Numbered from the stretch's first letter, positions 1 to 13,467 are shown. The stretch: 64,000 nt of DNA from Octopus vulgaris (GCA_951406725.2 OX597821.1:99944001-100008000); one strand, 5' to 3'. Notes: generated from the letters alone by a model not told the origin. A program made the numbers and translations.

Positions 1-97
1 ATGTATGTATGTATGTATGTATGTATGTATGTACGTAAGAGTACGTACATGCATACATGCATGCATACATATATACATACATACATATATACATACA

Positions 98-189
<92 letters not shown>
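1..189. repeat. Compound microsatellite (ATGT)n/(ATCT)n/(AT)n, one of dozens in the window
   Basis: Direct reading. Confidence 0.95.
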
Positions 190-191
<2 letters not shown>

Positions 192-584
192 CCTCCGTGT
201 TGAGTCTAAGACCGTGTGGGAAGATGAATGGAGGCATAACATCACCAGCACTAGTGTTCATTTCAAATATCATGATATTAACAGGATGTTTGATTTTTAT
301 CAATCTCGGTACATGTCCTCAGATTGCACTGTCCTCTGATTGACACCCAAACACTCTGAAATGTTCATATTGGAACTTCCGACGCGAATGCCAAAGAAGT
401 ACAACATGTTGTTTCCAAATTTCTGGCAGAGTGAATTGTGTCATGGTGCGATTTTTCTCACAGACAGTGCCCAACTGCCCCTACTATACTGTGAAGTCGA
501 CAAAAGAAAAACAAAACAAACAAACAATACACATGCGCGAAATTAAAAATTATAAAATGGCGACAATTTACCCATTGTACCCTG
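187..584 (-). mobile_element. Internally deleted Tc1/mariner-superfamily element (5' end plus catalytic-domain fragment)
   Basis: Minus strand begins TA|CAGGGTACAATGGGTAAATTGTCGCCATTTT. The 190-300 part encodes IKHPVNIMIF...[19 protein letters not shown] (maT/DD37D-like KHP..VM). Its 5' part is homologous to 19340-19653. Confidence 0.7.
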
Positions 585-730
585 TATGCAAACACACACA
601 CACACATGTATGTATGTGTATATATATGCATAAGTCTTTAAATATATTCAATAAGAATATTATGTACAGAATTTATATTGAGTGCTTAATTGTATCAAAA
701 TATTAATACTATTAAAGTATTTATATATTA

Positions 731-777
<47 letters not shown>

Positions 778-892
778 TTATATATATGTATATATATATA
801 TATAATATATATATATAATATATATATAATATATAATATATATATCACTGTGTATATATATATATGTAATATATATATCACTGTGTACATAT

Positions 893-999
<107 letters not shown>

Positions 1000-1401
1000 G
1001 TATAGCTTTCGCTTTAGAGAAGTGTCTTTTATCATCCACCAAATCAAGAACTGCTGAAAATAAGAGCTAGATTCCTTTAAATTCCCCACTTATGTCTTGC
1101 TAGTTGAAGGGTAGATTGTATAATTTCGTCCTAGATATATGCAAAGACGTGATGGTCAAGGCTGGAATGCATTTGATGATAGATCTGCTTCATGAAAACT
1201 GACTTAAATGTAAACAACATCAACAACATTTATATCGATATTAATTCTTATCATTTATTGTAAAGGCGAAGAGACATTTATTGCTGTCGATCATGACCGA
1301 ACAAACTTTTGGCTAAAACAGAAAAAAACCCACCCCGGCCATGATCACCCTGTTTATGGTAGGCCTCTATAGAGACACGTATCTAATATATCCTTCTAAA
1401 G

Positions 1402-1674
1402 CAGGGGTTCTCAACTATTTTTTTTACCTATGGGCCCCTTTGAATCCTATTTTTTTAAGTGGACCCCTATAGCCATTCGATGTTTAAAAAATGCTACTGT
1501 TTTTTTATAATTATAAGGACATAAAAGAACAAATTTATTGCATCTAAACTTTTACTGGTCAGAAGCACAGTTTTTTTATGGTCCCTGAAAAATGACCATT
1601 GATCCTCAGTTTACTATATTGCATCCATGGACACCCCAAAATCTTATCTGGACCCCGATTGATTCCCCCCCCTG
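1402..1674. mobile_element. hAT (Charlie-like) MITE
   Basis: Starts CAGGGGTTCTCAAC with a degenerate right TIR (ttgattcccccccctg). The same family occurs reversed at ~36574-36904. Confidence 0.65.
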
Positions 1675-1988
1675 TTTTTTTGTTTGTTTGTAAGACAGTG
1701 GAACGTAATTTTGGGGACGACTAGCAAAAAAGCAGCTGCAGAAAGTCACCGCCATTGGATCAGGCGAACACAGAAATGGTCTGATGGTCTTTCAGCAGTG
1801 CAAAGAAATAATGAGCATTAGCTTTGTAAAGAATTCTGCTTCAGCTGAAGAACTGAAGCTAGAACGCAAACTCAGGTACGTATGTGCATTCACAAAACTA
1901 CCTTAACCATTGAAATAATTCTTATCCTAATAATATAAATATGATACTATAAAAATAATGAAAAAATAGTGAAAAGCCATTTCGGGAA

Positions 1989-1989
1989 A

Positions 1990-2050
<61 letters not shown>

Positions 2051-2077
2051 TATTATTATTTATTATTATTATTATTA

Positions 2078-2124
<47 letters not shown>

Positions 2125-2131
2125 TTCATTA

Positions 2132-2173
<42 letters not shown>

Positions 2174-2178
2174 TATTA

Positions 2179-2211
<33 letters not shown>

Positions 2212-2253
2212 TATTATTATTATTATTATTATTTATTATTATTATTATTATTA

Positions 2254-2286
<33 letters not shown>

Positions 2287-2328
2287 TATTATTATTATTA
2301 TTATTATTATTTATTATTATCATTATTA

Positions 2329-2381
<53 letters not shown>

Positions 2382-2415
2382 CATTATTATCATTATTATT
2401 ATCATTATCATTTAT
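1989..2415. repeat. Long (TAT)n trinucleotide microsatellite
   Basis: Direct reading. Similar tracts at 28474-28646 and 34151-34320. Confidence 0.95.
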
Positions 2416-3435
2416 TGATCAAATATAGAAATAGTCTAGACTTATGTAGGCTGAAGCACGTCTAACAATTTGCTGAAAATAGTTCACTTTCAAACCGGCT
2501 ATTTCTAAGAAACAGGTTTAATGATGTAATAGATATGGTAGATATAAAGTTTATATATATATTTAAGATATTATTATTATTGATTTTTTTTTTGCTGTGC
2601 TCGGCTTGTAAATAACTGAGATAATTGAATACTTTTGTATGCAAATACTACGTTCATATACATATACACACACACTCATACTAACTCAAACATCCATATA
2701 TATTTGTATATATGTATGCATGTGTATACACCCGCACGCACACATATATGTATGTGTGTGTATATATATATATAAATGTATGTATGTATATATATATATA
2801 TAAAGAGAGAGAGAGAGAGAGAGGGAAGAGGAGAAAGAGGGAGGTGTGTGTTAGATATGTGTATATCGCATGTACGCATGTATTATGCGTATATATATAT
2901 TCTCTCTCCTTTCTCTTTTCTGTCTATACATACATACATACATACACACACACATACATACATACATACATACATACATACACACAGACACATTCACTTT
3001 TATCTGTCTCTCACTCCTCTATCTCTATGTATGTATATATGTCTGTCTGTATGTATTATGTATATACATACGTATATATGTATGTATCTGTATGTTTGTG
3101 TTTATGCATATATAGATATTACATACATACTTGTACATACACACACACACACACGTACACACGATGTATATAAACATACACACTTTATTCATTTATCTAT
3201 TTCTTTACTTAGCTGGGCTAACAGCTATATTCTGAAACCATTGCATTATCACGTGACAGTTAATTGGATTTTTTTTTCATAAAAAAGTTTTTGGAATTAT
3301 CATAATTATGTTTATTGCCATATAATGAGAAATTTTGTGATTTATAATTTAGTTTGATAAGAGCCATTCTAAGCTTTTGAATCACTTGCGGCCCTCGAAA
3401 CTCAAGCCCCTTAAGTAGCTTATGAAGCCTTACAA

Positions 3436-3525
<90 letters not shown>

Positions 3526-3619
3526 CATTATATATGTATATATACACACACATATATATGTACATGTATATATATATATGTGTGTATCTATATATATATA
3601 GATATATATACATACATAC

Positions 3620-3651
<32 letters not shown>

Positions 3652-3782
3652 GTATATATATATATATATATATACATATATATGTATATATATATATATA
3701 CACATATATATATGTATATATATATATGACTTTTATATATATATATATACACACACATACATATATACATTTAGATATACGC

Positions 3783-3844
<62 letters not shown>

Positions 3845-3869
3845 GTAAGTGGTTCGTCTTTGTGTGTGT

Positions 3870-4036
3870 GTGTGGTTTTGTAATGAAAAAGTTTACTTTT
3901 CCGCCCCACGGTTTCATTTTGAGCCCTACCATTACCATGTGTCACCTTAGCCAAGTCTCTTCTGCTATGAGCTGGACCCACCAATACGCGCGCAGTGAGT
4001 GAATTTGTTACTCAGAAACCGTGCAGAAGCTCGTTG

Positions 4037-4113
<77 letters not shown>

Positions 4114-4134
4114 ACACACGCGCGCACACACGCA

Positions 4135-4183
<49 letters not shown>

Positions 4184-4460
4184 GTATGTGTGCGCGTGTG
4201 TATGAATGTATAGGTATGTGTGAGCGGATATGTTTGTGTGAGTAAGTTTGTGTGTCTGTGGATGTCGCCCAATCACTTGACAACCGCTCAATCACTTTGC
4301 TTACTGTTAATCACCTCGCAGCGTAGTGATTCGACAAAAATGAGACCGTTAGAAAAAGTGTCAAATTTTGAAATAAGTATTGGGGCTGGTATGTTCGACT
4401 AAACCTTTGAAGGTGGTGCCTTAACATAGCTGTGGCTCAATGACAAGCAAATAAAATACT
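3870..4460 (+). mobile_element. Diverged tRNA-derived SINE (family 1, with internal microsatellite)
   Basis: Degenerate head, internal (CA)/(TA) tract, and a tail matching the better-preserved copy at 7330-7742. Confidence 0.6.
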
Positions 4461-4517
4461 AAAACCAAAGAACACATATGAGTGTATATGTGTGTATAGG
4501 CTTGTGTATTGTATTGT

Positions 4518-4572
<55 letters not shown>

Positions 4573-4679
4573 AAATTTAAAATAATAAGGGTGAAAAATT
4601 GAATATTAATTTGATTAACATCGATTTAAAACCAGTGAGTTAGCATATAGAAAAATCTGAAGATTCAGAAAAATTGTAT

Positions 4680-4720
<41 letters not shown>

Positions 4721-4721
<1 letters not shown>

Positions 4722-4928
4722 CATGACGGACTCTCCCGTCGTCAGACAATTTCTTACTGAACGACCATAGACATAAACTCACTCCCTCCATCAGATCGAC
4801 ATCACCTGTATGCAACGGGTGCCACATGTCAGATGTCGAAACGAATACAACGCAACGCCGGGACTGGGGATCGAACCCACGATCTCGCAATCGTGAGTGC
4901 AACACCTTAACCACTAAGTCATACGCCT
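4721..4928 (-). mobile_element. tRNA-derived SINE
   Basis: Minus strand GGCGTATGACTTAGTGGTTAAGG...GGGTTCGATCCC (pol III A and B boxes) followed by a non-tRNA body. Confidence 0.7.
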
Positions 4929-5059
4929 TTAATTATATATATATGAAATGCAATGCTTTACTGCTTTAATGTAATATTAATGATATTATTTGTGAGAGAA
5001 GACCGACAACGCTTTACAACGCTGTACGAATAAGCAACTGTGGTATTCATTGTACGTAC

Positions 5060-5200
5060 TGTCTTTGATTAGTTTAGTAAAGTTGCTTGCAGGATAACCA
5101 ATCAGGTCGAATTGGTTCAAGGTCATGTGAGATGCGATTTCAACAGGTTCTTTTAGTCCAGGATGCCACTTGTAGATCACTTCATCTGCTGAATAGCCGA
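5060..5200 (-). CDS. Next internal exon (141 bp) of the same GABA-A alpha-like/GRD-type subunit (loop B, loop F, start of loop C)
   Basis: ttctctgtcttcttttccag|TC GGC TAT TCA...AAA GAC A|gtacgt = (F)GYSADEVIYKWHPGLKEPVEIASHMTLNQFDLIGYPASNFTKLIKD, phase 1/1. The T from the previous exon plus TC gives TTC (GS-F-GY). It resembles the GRD/CG8916-type YGY..DVIY.W...VAIAEDMKLSQFDL and carries an NFT sequon. Confidence 0.93.
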
Positions 5201-5986
5201 CTGGAAAAGAAGACAGAGAAAAATATCACATTTACTAGAAAATCAAATTGGTTTATTCTGCGCATGTCAAGAGAAATCGTTTTAACTGGTAAACTTACCA
5301 GTTGATTTTAGTATACCATTTATTGAGATGTCAATATCAATCAACGTTTGACTTTATGTGAACACCACTCGATGTCGGAAAGAATAAGTCCATTTTAATG
5401 TCATCTACGGTTGGAGATTCAGTTGTAAATGTGTATTATATAAGTTAGAAACCGTGACAGAAATGTCTGCTGGCAAATTGGTATCAACCTCGTTTTAGTA
5501 TTTTTATTCGCTTCGACCTCTATGTGAAAAAAAAAAAGAAATGGCCTCTAGATGGATAAAAGAAATGCATTCTAGGAATTTAAATAGAATTCTGAATATA
5601 TGTAATCCAGTATATGTATTTACTCAATACAGATGTTAGATATTATTACTTTAGTTAATAAATCGAGTGTTTCTTGTAATCTTTATGAAGTAGGTAATAG
5701 GATGAAGTTAATATGTTTCTGAGCTGAGGAATTTTTTTAAAAAGAAAATCACAAAAGAATTTTGTAATTCTTTTAAACAGATATCGTTATGAACTCAATT
5801 CACATAACTAACGCACACACACACATGCGCACACATGCACACGCATGCACACACACATAGACACAGACACACGCGTGCGCGCGCACACACACACATACAG
5901 ACACATACACATACACACACATAGAAATATATATATATACATATATATACATATATACATATATATATATATACATATATATACAT

Positions 5987-6039
<53 letters not shown>

Positions 6040-6068
6040 TATATATATATATGTACAAATATATATAC

Positions 6069-6105
<37 letters not shown>

Positions 6106-6512
6106 CGTGTGTGTGTGTGCGTGTGTGTTGTGCGTTAGTTATGTGAATTGAGTACACCCAATGCTTTTCAGATTGTTGAGATCTTGAACCACGAAATACT
6201 TGTAACGCTATTTGACTTGAGTGTTGTACGAAGTTATTAACTTGAAAGTATTCAATATAGGAATTATTAATACATGATAAATATAAGCGGAAATTTTCTC
6301 TGGAGAAATAGCTTTCGTTTTATTTTCTTTTTCATTGGTGACAAATAAGTCTTTCGTCAAGGTATATAGTCGCGTTATAAAAATGGTGCTGATCTTTGCA
6401 AAAACTACAACACTGTCTGCATAAACTGAGGTCTGTTTCGCCTATTAACTTTGCTTTTTTTAACTATCGAATACGTAATGCAATCGTTGCAGAGGTTGAG
6501 TAACACAGGGTA

Positions 6513-6580
6513 TGCTATAATCGAGCTGATCTTCTTGTCTTTATATAGATAAAGACAAGTAGATCAGCTCGATTATAGCA
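6513..6580. repeat. Near-perfect inverted repeat (32-bp arms, 1 mismatch, 4-nt loop)
   Basis: tgctataatcgagctgatcttcttgtctttat-atag-ataaagacaagtagatcagctcgattatagca. Confidence 0.95.
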
Positions 6581-7329
6581 CAACACGCTGGAGTTGAACT
6601 AGGGACAGCTGATGAAGGGGATTTTTCCTTGTGTAGTTTGTCTTGTACTCTGTTTTTCTGTTGTAAAAAATGGTTTGTTCCATGCTTGTTTTTCCGTTTT
6701 CGTTTCTCGTTGAGTTCTACGTCTATTTGTGGTGTCCTGTACTCACGTATATATATATTTATATATGCATGTATATATACATGTAGATGTAGGTACGTAC
6801 ATATATGTATGTATGTATGCATATATTTTATTTATTATACTATTGTATGACTGAGCGCCCTCGCGTCGATTCGATTCGATTCGTTTGTTTCATTCCGTTC
6901 TTCTTCTCCAAGTACTGTTTTATATATATATATGTTCTCTTTTACTCTTTTACATGTTTCAGTCATTTGACTGCGGCCATACTGGAGCTCTACCTTTGGT
7001 CGGAGAAATCGACCCTATGACTCTCTGCCAAACAGTTAATAATTCATGGAATGCCAATAGAACAGTGGGATTCCCCCTCCCCGCCCCCCAAAAAATTACG
7101 CAGCTCTTAATTCTCAATACGTTCTGGTAGATCTGAACGAGAATGTCAGATCGATGTTGGTTTTCGCCATCGGAGAACATCTTCACATTTAGACGATCTG
7201 TGTTCATAATACATACCATTCACTGGTATAAGGGGACTTTCACCCGGAACAAAAAGCATTGTCCGTGGGAAATGTTCTCTGATGATGAAAAGTAATAACT
7301 ATCAGATAATTACGTCTGAATCTACGATA

Positions 7330-7742
7330 TTCTTTTATTCTTTTATTATTTTATTTGTTTCAGTCATATGACATGCTGCCATGCTGGAGCACCGCCTTTA
7401 GTTGAGCAAATCGACCCCAGGACTTATTCCTTGTAAGCTTAGTACTTATTCTATCGGCCTCTCTTGCTGAAACGCTAAGTGACGGGGGCGTAAACACACC
7501 AGAATCGGTTGTCAAGCAATGTTGGGGGTGGGGACAAACACAGACACACAAGCATATACATACACACACATATATATATACGACGAGCTTCTTTCAGTTT
7601 CCGTCTACCAAATCCACTCACAAGGGTTTGGTCGGCCCGAGTCTATAGTAGAAGACACTTGCCCAGGGTTCCACGCAGTGGGATTGAATACAGAAACATG
7701 TGGTTCGTAAGCAAGCAACTTACCGCACAGCCACTCCTGCCC
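7330..7742 (-). mobile_element. Full-length tRNA-derived SINE family 1
   Basis: Head GCAGGAGTGGCTGTGCGGTAAG...TTCAATCCC, internal (TA/TG) microsatellite, tail ...CATGGCAGC...ACTGAAAC-(AATAAA)n. Other copies at about 7930-8285, 16625-17046, 27290-27640, 36200-36465, 40410-40620, 49595-49995 and 57410-57545. Confidence 0.8.
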
Positions 7743-8898
7743 CTGTAGAGATAGATCGATCGATTGATAGATAGACCATAACGTTTTGAGAATGAATAGA
7801 TAAGTTATTTGTAACCAATACAGTCGTTTCCTCATTACTAGATTATTTCTGACTAGCTTTTCTAGCGAGTAATACATTAAATATAATCACAACTTTGGTA
7901 CTTTTTTCATGCAAGAGACGTCAATATGTTTTATCATTTATTTGCTTCGATCAGTGGACCATACAGGGGAACAAATTGAATGGTTTAATCAAGCAAATCG
8001 ATCTCAAGTACTAAATTTTAAGTGCAGTATTTATTTATTCTAACGATCTCTTTCGCCGAACTGCAGAATTACGGGGGCGTAAATAAACCATTACTAACTG
8101 ATAAGCGGTGGTGGGGAGAAACATTAAAAACAAAGCCAAGCACATATACATACATATATACATACATATGTTCATATATATTTCCTGCACAAAGTAATGG
8201 TAGGTCTGGGGGCTATAGCAGAAGACAATTTGAAAATGTACCACGCTGTAGGACTGAACCGGAAACCAGCACCTAAACAACCACGAATAAATTTCTCTAA
8301 TTTTGTTCTGTTTCGTTACATTGTTTTGTCAGCCAGTTGTGATTGCATTAAATAATTTCTCTATTTCTCTCAAGTGTTTATAGAGAGAGTTAATTGAAGT
8401 ATAAACAATGTTAAGAGATGTGTTCTTGTTGTATGCTTTATTAGTCTGTTTTGACTTCTTGGGAAGCGGGTATTAACATCTTAGTGAAAGGATGTGACAG
8501 CAATTAATAATCTTCGAAAGAGCATAGCAAACAATGTTGGTCCAGTATTTGCCATTTCAACGACATTTGCTATTTGTAAATTATATAATGAATGAATGAA
8601 TGAATAAAGAAATAAACAAAATAAATGAAACCGAGACTAAAGCTGCTTATTACGTCAAGGACACTCATTCTAGCTTCCTGGCTTTTTGAGACGTGAGTCA
8701 TGACTGCTCTACAGGTAAACAGTTACAAATAAAGCTGATCGTGTGACACAGATACAGTCACATCCAGGACACACTCAGGTACACACAGACACACCTACTT
8801 ATTTAAATGAGATTAAAAAGAGGGGAAAATATTATGGCGAGCGAAGTGACGTAACGGAAATATATAAGTATTTATGGGTAGAGGAAAATAAGAAGCAA

Positions 8899-8973
<75 letters not shown>

Positions 8974-9034
8974 TAAATATTTTATATGGTACCCGAGAAT
9001 AACGTTCTAACACAGGGTGTCTGTGCACGTATAA

Positions 9035-9086
<52 letters not shown>

Positions 9087-9091
9087 GTCTA

Positions 9092-9136
<45 letters not shown>

Positions 9137-9349
9137 ATGTATGTCTGCCTGCCTGCCTGTCTATCCATCAATCTGTCTGTCTACCTGTCTGTCTGTCTGT
9201 CTGTCCATCCGTCTGTCCGTCTCTGTCTCTCTTTCGCTCGCTCTCTTTCTCTCTCTCTATCTCTCTCCCTCCCTCTTTCTCTCTCTGCCTCTGTCTCCCC
9301 CTCTCTCTATTATATATATATATATAGATTACACACACATATATGTTAA

Positions 9350-9600
9350 CTAAAATGAGACAACAAAACAAAGGCTGTGTGGAATTTATAGGACATTTCT
9401 AAAGAGAAAAGTAGTCTTACAACTACTTCTGGGATATTAGGGATATCCTTTCAACAGGGATGATATGAGGGAGTTAACTCGAGGGAAATAGTAGGGTTCA
9501 GTATAAGGAGTCATTTTGGAAAATGATGGATATAGGAAGTATAAAGGTAAATAAGAGAATAAAAATAAAAGTAAAAATAAAAGTAAAAGAATAAAAAAAA
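9350..9600 (-). mobile_element. Penelope-like terminal-repeat relic with decayed hammerhead motif
   Basis: Minus strand CUGuUGA-AAGGAUAU-CCCUA-AUAUCCC-A-GAAgU-AGUU-GUA at about 9416-9458. The hammerhead topology is retained but the core is mutated. Confidence 0.4.
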
Positions 9601-10262
9601 GAATACGTTATCCATATATTTGTGTCGTCTCAGAGCCGTACGGTCTTATTTTGTTGCTATAGTGTATATTCATTTTATTTGTATATTCCGATATGTATCG
9701 TGTTTGTTTTCGCCACTGTACTCAACGTTCACTCGCTATTCCCAGCAACTTCTCGCTGCTGGCGCCACCAAAATGAATAAATATTTCCGCGAAAGGCGTG
9801 AAATTGTAAGGAATTTTGGACGATAACTTTCGAAACAGTCCCACAGCTACAAACAGTCACAACACTGGATTCAGAAAAAAACATTCCGTCGTTCATAGGC
9901 AAGTATGTATGAGACGTAAGAAGCCCCGATCTCAGCGCGTTGGATTTTTCTGTTTGGTTCATTTTGGAGACAAGAGCCTCGAGCATTCCTTATGTTTCGC
10001 TCGACGCTCTGAAGGCAAAAGTGCAACAGGAATGGGCTTCGATTCCGCAAGAATAGCTGCGTGCCACGTGTGAAACATTCGCACCATTCAAAACAGAGGT
10101 GGTCATATCGAATAAATGTGGTAATGTCATAACTGTGTTTCCTTTATCATTGCATTGTAAAGCTCGAATCCGAAATATAATAATATTTTGCTTTGGAAAA
10201 GTTGAAAATAGTTGCATACCTCAATTTTGGGATACTCCCCTCTCTCTCTTTCTCTCCCAATC

Positions 10263-10329
<67 letters not shown>

Positions 10330-10333
<4 letters not shown>

Positions 10334-10683
10334 ACTCGTGGCCGATGCCAGCACCGCCTCGACTGGCTTCCGTGCCGGTGGCACAATCCGACTCGTGGCC
10401 GATGCCAGCACCGCCTCGACTGGCTTCCGTGCCGGTGGCACATAAAATACACCAATCTGACCGTGGCCGTTGCCAGCCCCGCCTGGCACCTGTGCAGGTG
10501 GCACGTAAAAAGCACCCACTACACTCACGGAGTGGTTGGCGTTAGGAAGGGCATCCAGCTGTAGAAACATTGCCAAATTAGACTGGAGCCTGGTGCAGCC
10601 TTCTGGCTTCCCAGAACCCCGGTCGAACCGTCCAACCCATGCTAGCATGGAGAACGGACGTTAAACGACGATGATGATGATGA
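10330..10683 (+). mobile_element. Retroposon 3' fragment with (GAT)n tail and a 57-bp internal tandem duplication
   Basis: ccgactcgtggccgatgccagcaccgcctcgactggcttccgtgccggtggcaca occurs twice, then GGCGTTAGGAAGGGCATCCAGCTGTAGAAAC...GGACGTTAAACGACGATGATGATG. Diverged reverse relatives at about 23590-23760 and 57130-57240. Confidence 0.65.
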
Positions 10684-10695
10684 TATATATATGTA

Positions 10696-10745
<50 letters not shown>

Positions 10746-11032
10746 GCATACAAGATGTGTATGTATAAATATTCGTCTTCTACAGAAATCGCCACTTAAA
10801 AATAAAATCAGAAAGAATGTAGGGTAAAATAAATTTATCAATAAAATATATGACTTACGATGAGAAGATACGACAATAGAATTTGTTAAGAAAATATCAT
10901 TTTGAAGAAAATAGACTTTCCTGAAAGGTTCTATAATTGTTTGCGTTAGTGTTGGAAGTTGATAAAGTAAATCACAAGTTAAAGCGTACACATGCATACA
11001 TACATACATTGTTGTTGTTGCTGTTGTTGTTG

Positions 11033-11073
<41 letters not shown>

Positions 11074-11605
11074 GAGTGAGAGAGCAGTGCATGCCATCAA
11101 AGTGACACTGGGGTAAAATATACGAAGCCCAGTATACCCATCATGACTACCCGTCTGATAAGGGTACACCAGGCACATGCATCACAACCATATGTGCGCG
11201 ACATGGTGATCTCATATCAAGATAAACAGCACATGACCTTGCAGCTGGGGCCCAGTTAGAATTTTCCTCAGGTCGAGTAACCCATCCTGCTCAAAAGGTC
11301 CCTGAATAAGGATGTTGAACAAAACACCCATGTTTCCAGAGGTGAGTTATTCAAACCCCAAAGAATCCCTCTCAACACACGGCTATGATGCTCCCCCACT
11401 ACTTCTGCTCATGATCAGAGATGCACATATCGTCAGCCACTAAGGGACATGCACAACTGGTTAAGGTCAAACAACTGACAAGCAAATCTGTGATATTGAG
11501 CAGAATATTTGCTGTAGCCCATCTTTTATACCAAGACAAAACAATGTACATGATAACATTTCCAATCAGTTAAGATCAAAAGCCATGAGAGCCACTGCCT
11601 GGTAC
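11074..11605 (-). mobile_element. Probable non-LTR retrotransposon 3' fragment embedded in a (TAA)n tract (Dong/R4-like targeting)
   Basis: A ~530-bp GC-richer block with sharp ends and (TTA)n on both flanks. The family assignment is inferred from the target site only. Confidence 0.45.
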
Positions 11606-11666
<61 letters not shown>

Positions 11667-11783
11667 CATTATTATTATTATTATTATCTATTCGCCTCGG
11701 TATAGGGCTACTAATAACCTGGTGTTAGAACTCAATACACACATACATACATACATACATACATACATACATACATACATACA

Positions 11784-11818
<35 letters not shown>

Positions 11819-12011
11819 CTATATATATTTATACATACATACAGACATACATGTGTGTGTGTGTGTGTGTGTGTGTAGATCCTGTTACTGAGTGACACTA
11901 ACACAACGATAACATTGATTATATTAGGGTAAATAAGTTCAGAATATATGATGAATATCATTCTCTCTCTCTCTCTATATATATGTATGTATGTACGTAT
12001 ATATATATGTA

Positions 12012-13246
12012 TTGGGTTGGCAAGTAAGTTTCTGCCGTTTTTTTTAAATTTTAATTTTCAAAAGGTTTAACAACAAATAACAACTAATTTTATCAATAAT
12101 GTATTCACCCTTGTTGTTTACAACTTCTTCCCAACGTTCAAAAAGATTTTCAATACCTCGTTGGTAGAAGTCACCCAATTTCTACTCGAAAAATTGATCC
12201 AACCAAGCTCTCAATTCTGCATCAGAATTGAACGAAACTCCGCGCATAGCATTTGAAAGAGATCGAAAGAGGTGGAAATCCGTTGGTACCAAATCGGGAG
12301 AGTATGGTGTGTGTGGCAGCACTTCCCAGCCATGCGTCTGAATGGCTTCCTTGGTAATATTGGAGATATGAGGGCGGTCGTTTTCGTATAGCGGAAGAAC
12401 TTCATGCTGCCGATTAGGTCTTTTGTCTTGAATAGCCGTGTTGAGTCGTTCCATCTGTTGAACATAGAGTTCCGCTTTGACCGTTTGGTTCCGTTCAAGC
12501 AATTCGTAATGGATAATCCCTTCCCTGTCCCACCATACGCACAACATCATTTTACGCGGATGAAGATCTTGTTTCACGCGCGGTGTCGTTTGTTTACCGG
12601 GGCTAAGCCATTCCTTACGCTGCTTCATATTGATATACAGGCACCGTTTTCGTCGCCAGTAACCATTCTGTAAAGAAATCATTGCTTGTGTCCATAAGTT
12701 GAGCGGTGACGAGTAAGCAAACAAGCGGAGATTGTGGCTCCTTGATTTTTGTTGTTGTCGCTTAAAGCATGCGGGACCCATGCGCCATACCTCTGAACAA
12801 TTCCCGTCGAGTGAAGATGCTTCTCTATAGCAGTGTGGGAGCATTTCATTTTCTCTGCCAGTTCTCTTTTAGTTTGACGGGAATTTTCTTGCAAAAGTTG
12901 GTTTAATCGCTCTTCATCGAACTTAACTGGAGGGCCAGAACGAAGTGCTTCTTTGAGGCATACCAATCACAAGCCGTTCTTTCAGCTATGGCACCCTCTC
13001 CATACACAGCATAAATGTCGCGATTAAAAGCAAAAAGTAGAAGCAAAAAGTAGGAGGTGTCGAAAATGCCCGTTTTTCTTAACTTGACATTCCATTTTAA
13101 TTATCTGAAAATAAGCAAAAATTAACTAAAATTAACTAGCAAAAAAAAAAAGATTCCAAAATGATTCAAAAATAGAATTCTCAAAAAAAAAAAAAAAGAT
13201 TCCAAAATTAAAAAAAAAAAACCGCGGAACTTAGTTGCCAACCCAA
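12012..13246 (-). mobile_element. Full-length decayed mariner transposon (1235 bp)
   Basis: TA|TTGGGTTGGCAAGTAAGT...ACTTAGTTGCCAACCCAA|TA TIRs and TSD. Transposase motifs WVPHAL, MLCVWWD and PYSPDLVPTDFHLF are split by frameshifts. Confidence 0.93.
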
Positions 13247-13399
13247 TATATATATATAAGCAAGAAAGAAGCAACAAAAATGGATCAATATTTCGGTACA
13301 ATTGTTTCGTACGAAGACAGCTTTATTAAGGCTGCAAATATTGCAGTAAATATAAGTGACCCGTACTCATCAGCCGAAAAAACATCTGAGTTCTCCAAA

Positions 13400-13467
13400 C
13401 GCCACCACCCCCATACTCTCCTGATTTGGCACCAAAGGATTTCCCCCTCTTTCGATCTCTTTCAAAT
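13400..13467 (+). mobile_element. Short mariner transposase fragment, inverted relative to the adjacent element
   Basis: Encodes HPPYSPDLAPKDFPLFRSLSN and matches the reverse complement of about 12251-12317. Confidence 0.8.

Noticed and set aside
1709-1881. Plus-strand open stretch ending in CAG|GTACGT (possible antisense exon)
   Set aside because: No recognisable protein similarity, a stop at 1706-1708 blocks the upstream acceptor, and no partner exons are evident.
4855-4928. tRNA-like sequences here and at about 19035-19110 and 19755-19830
   Set aside because: A and B boxes are present but the acceptor stems are incomplete and they run into SINE bodies, so they are SINE heads.
7161-7291. 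Imperfect ~25-bp inverted repeat
   Set aside because: Several mismatches and no TSD. It is probably an old MITE remnant, with too little evidence to call.
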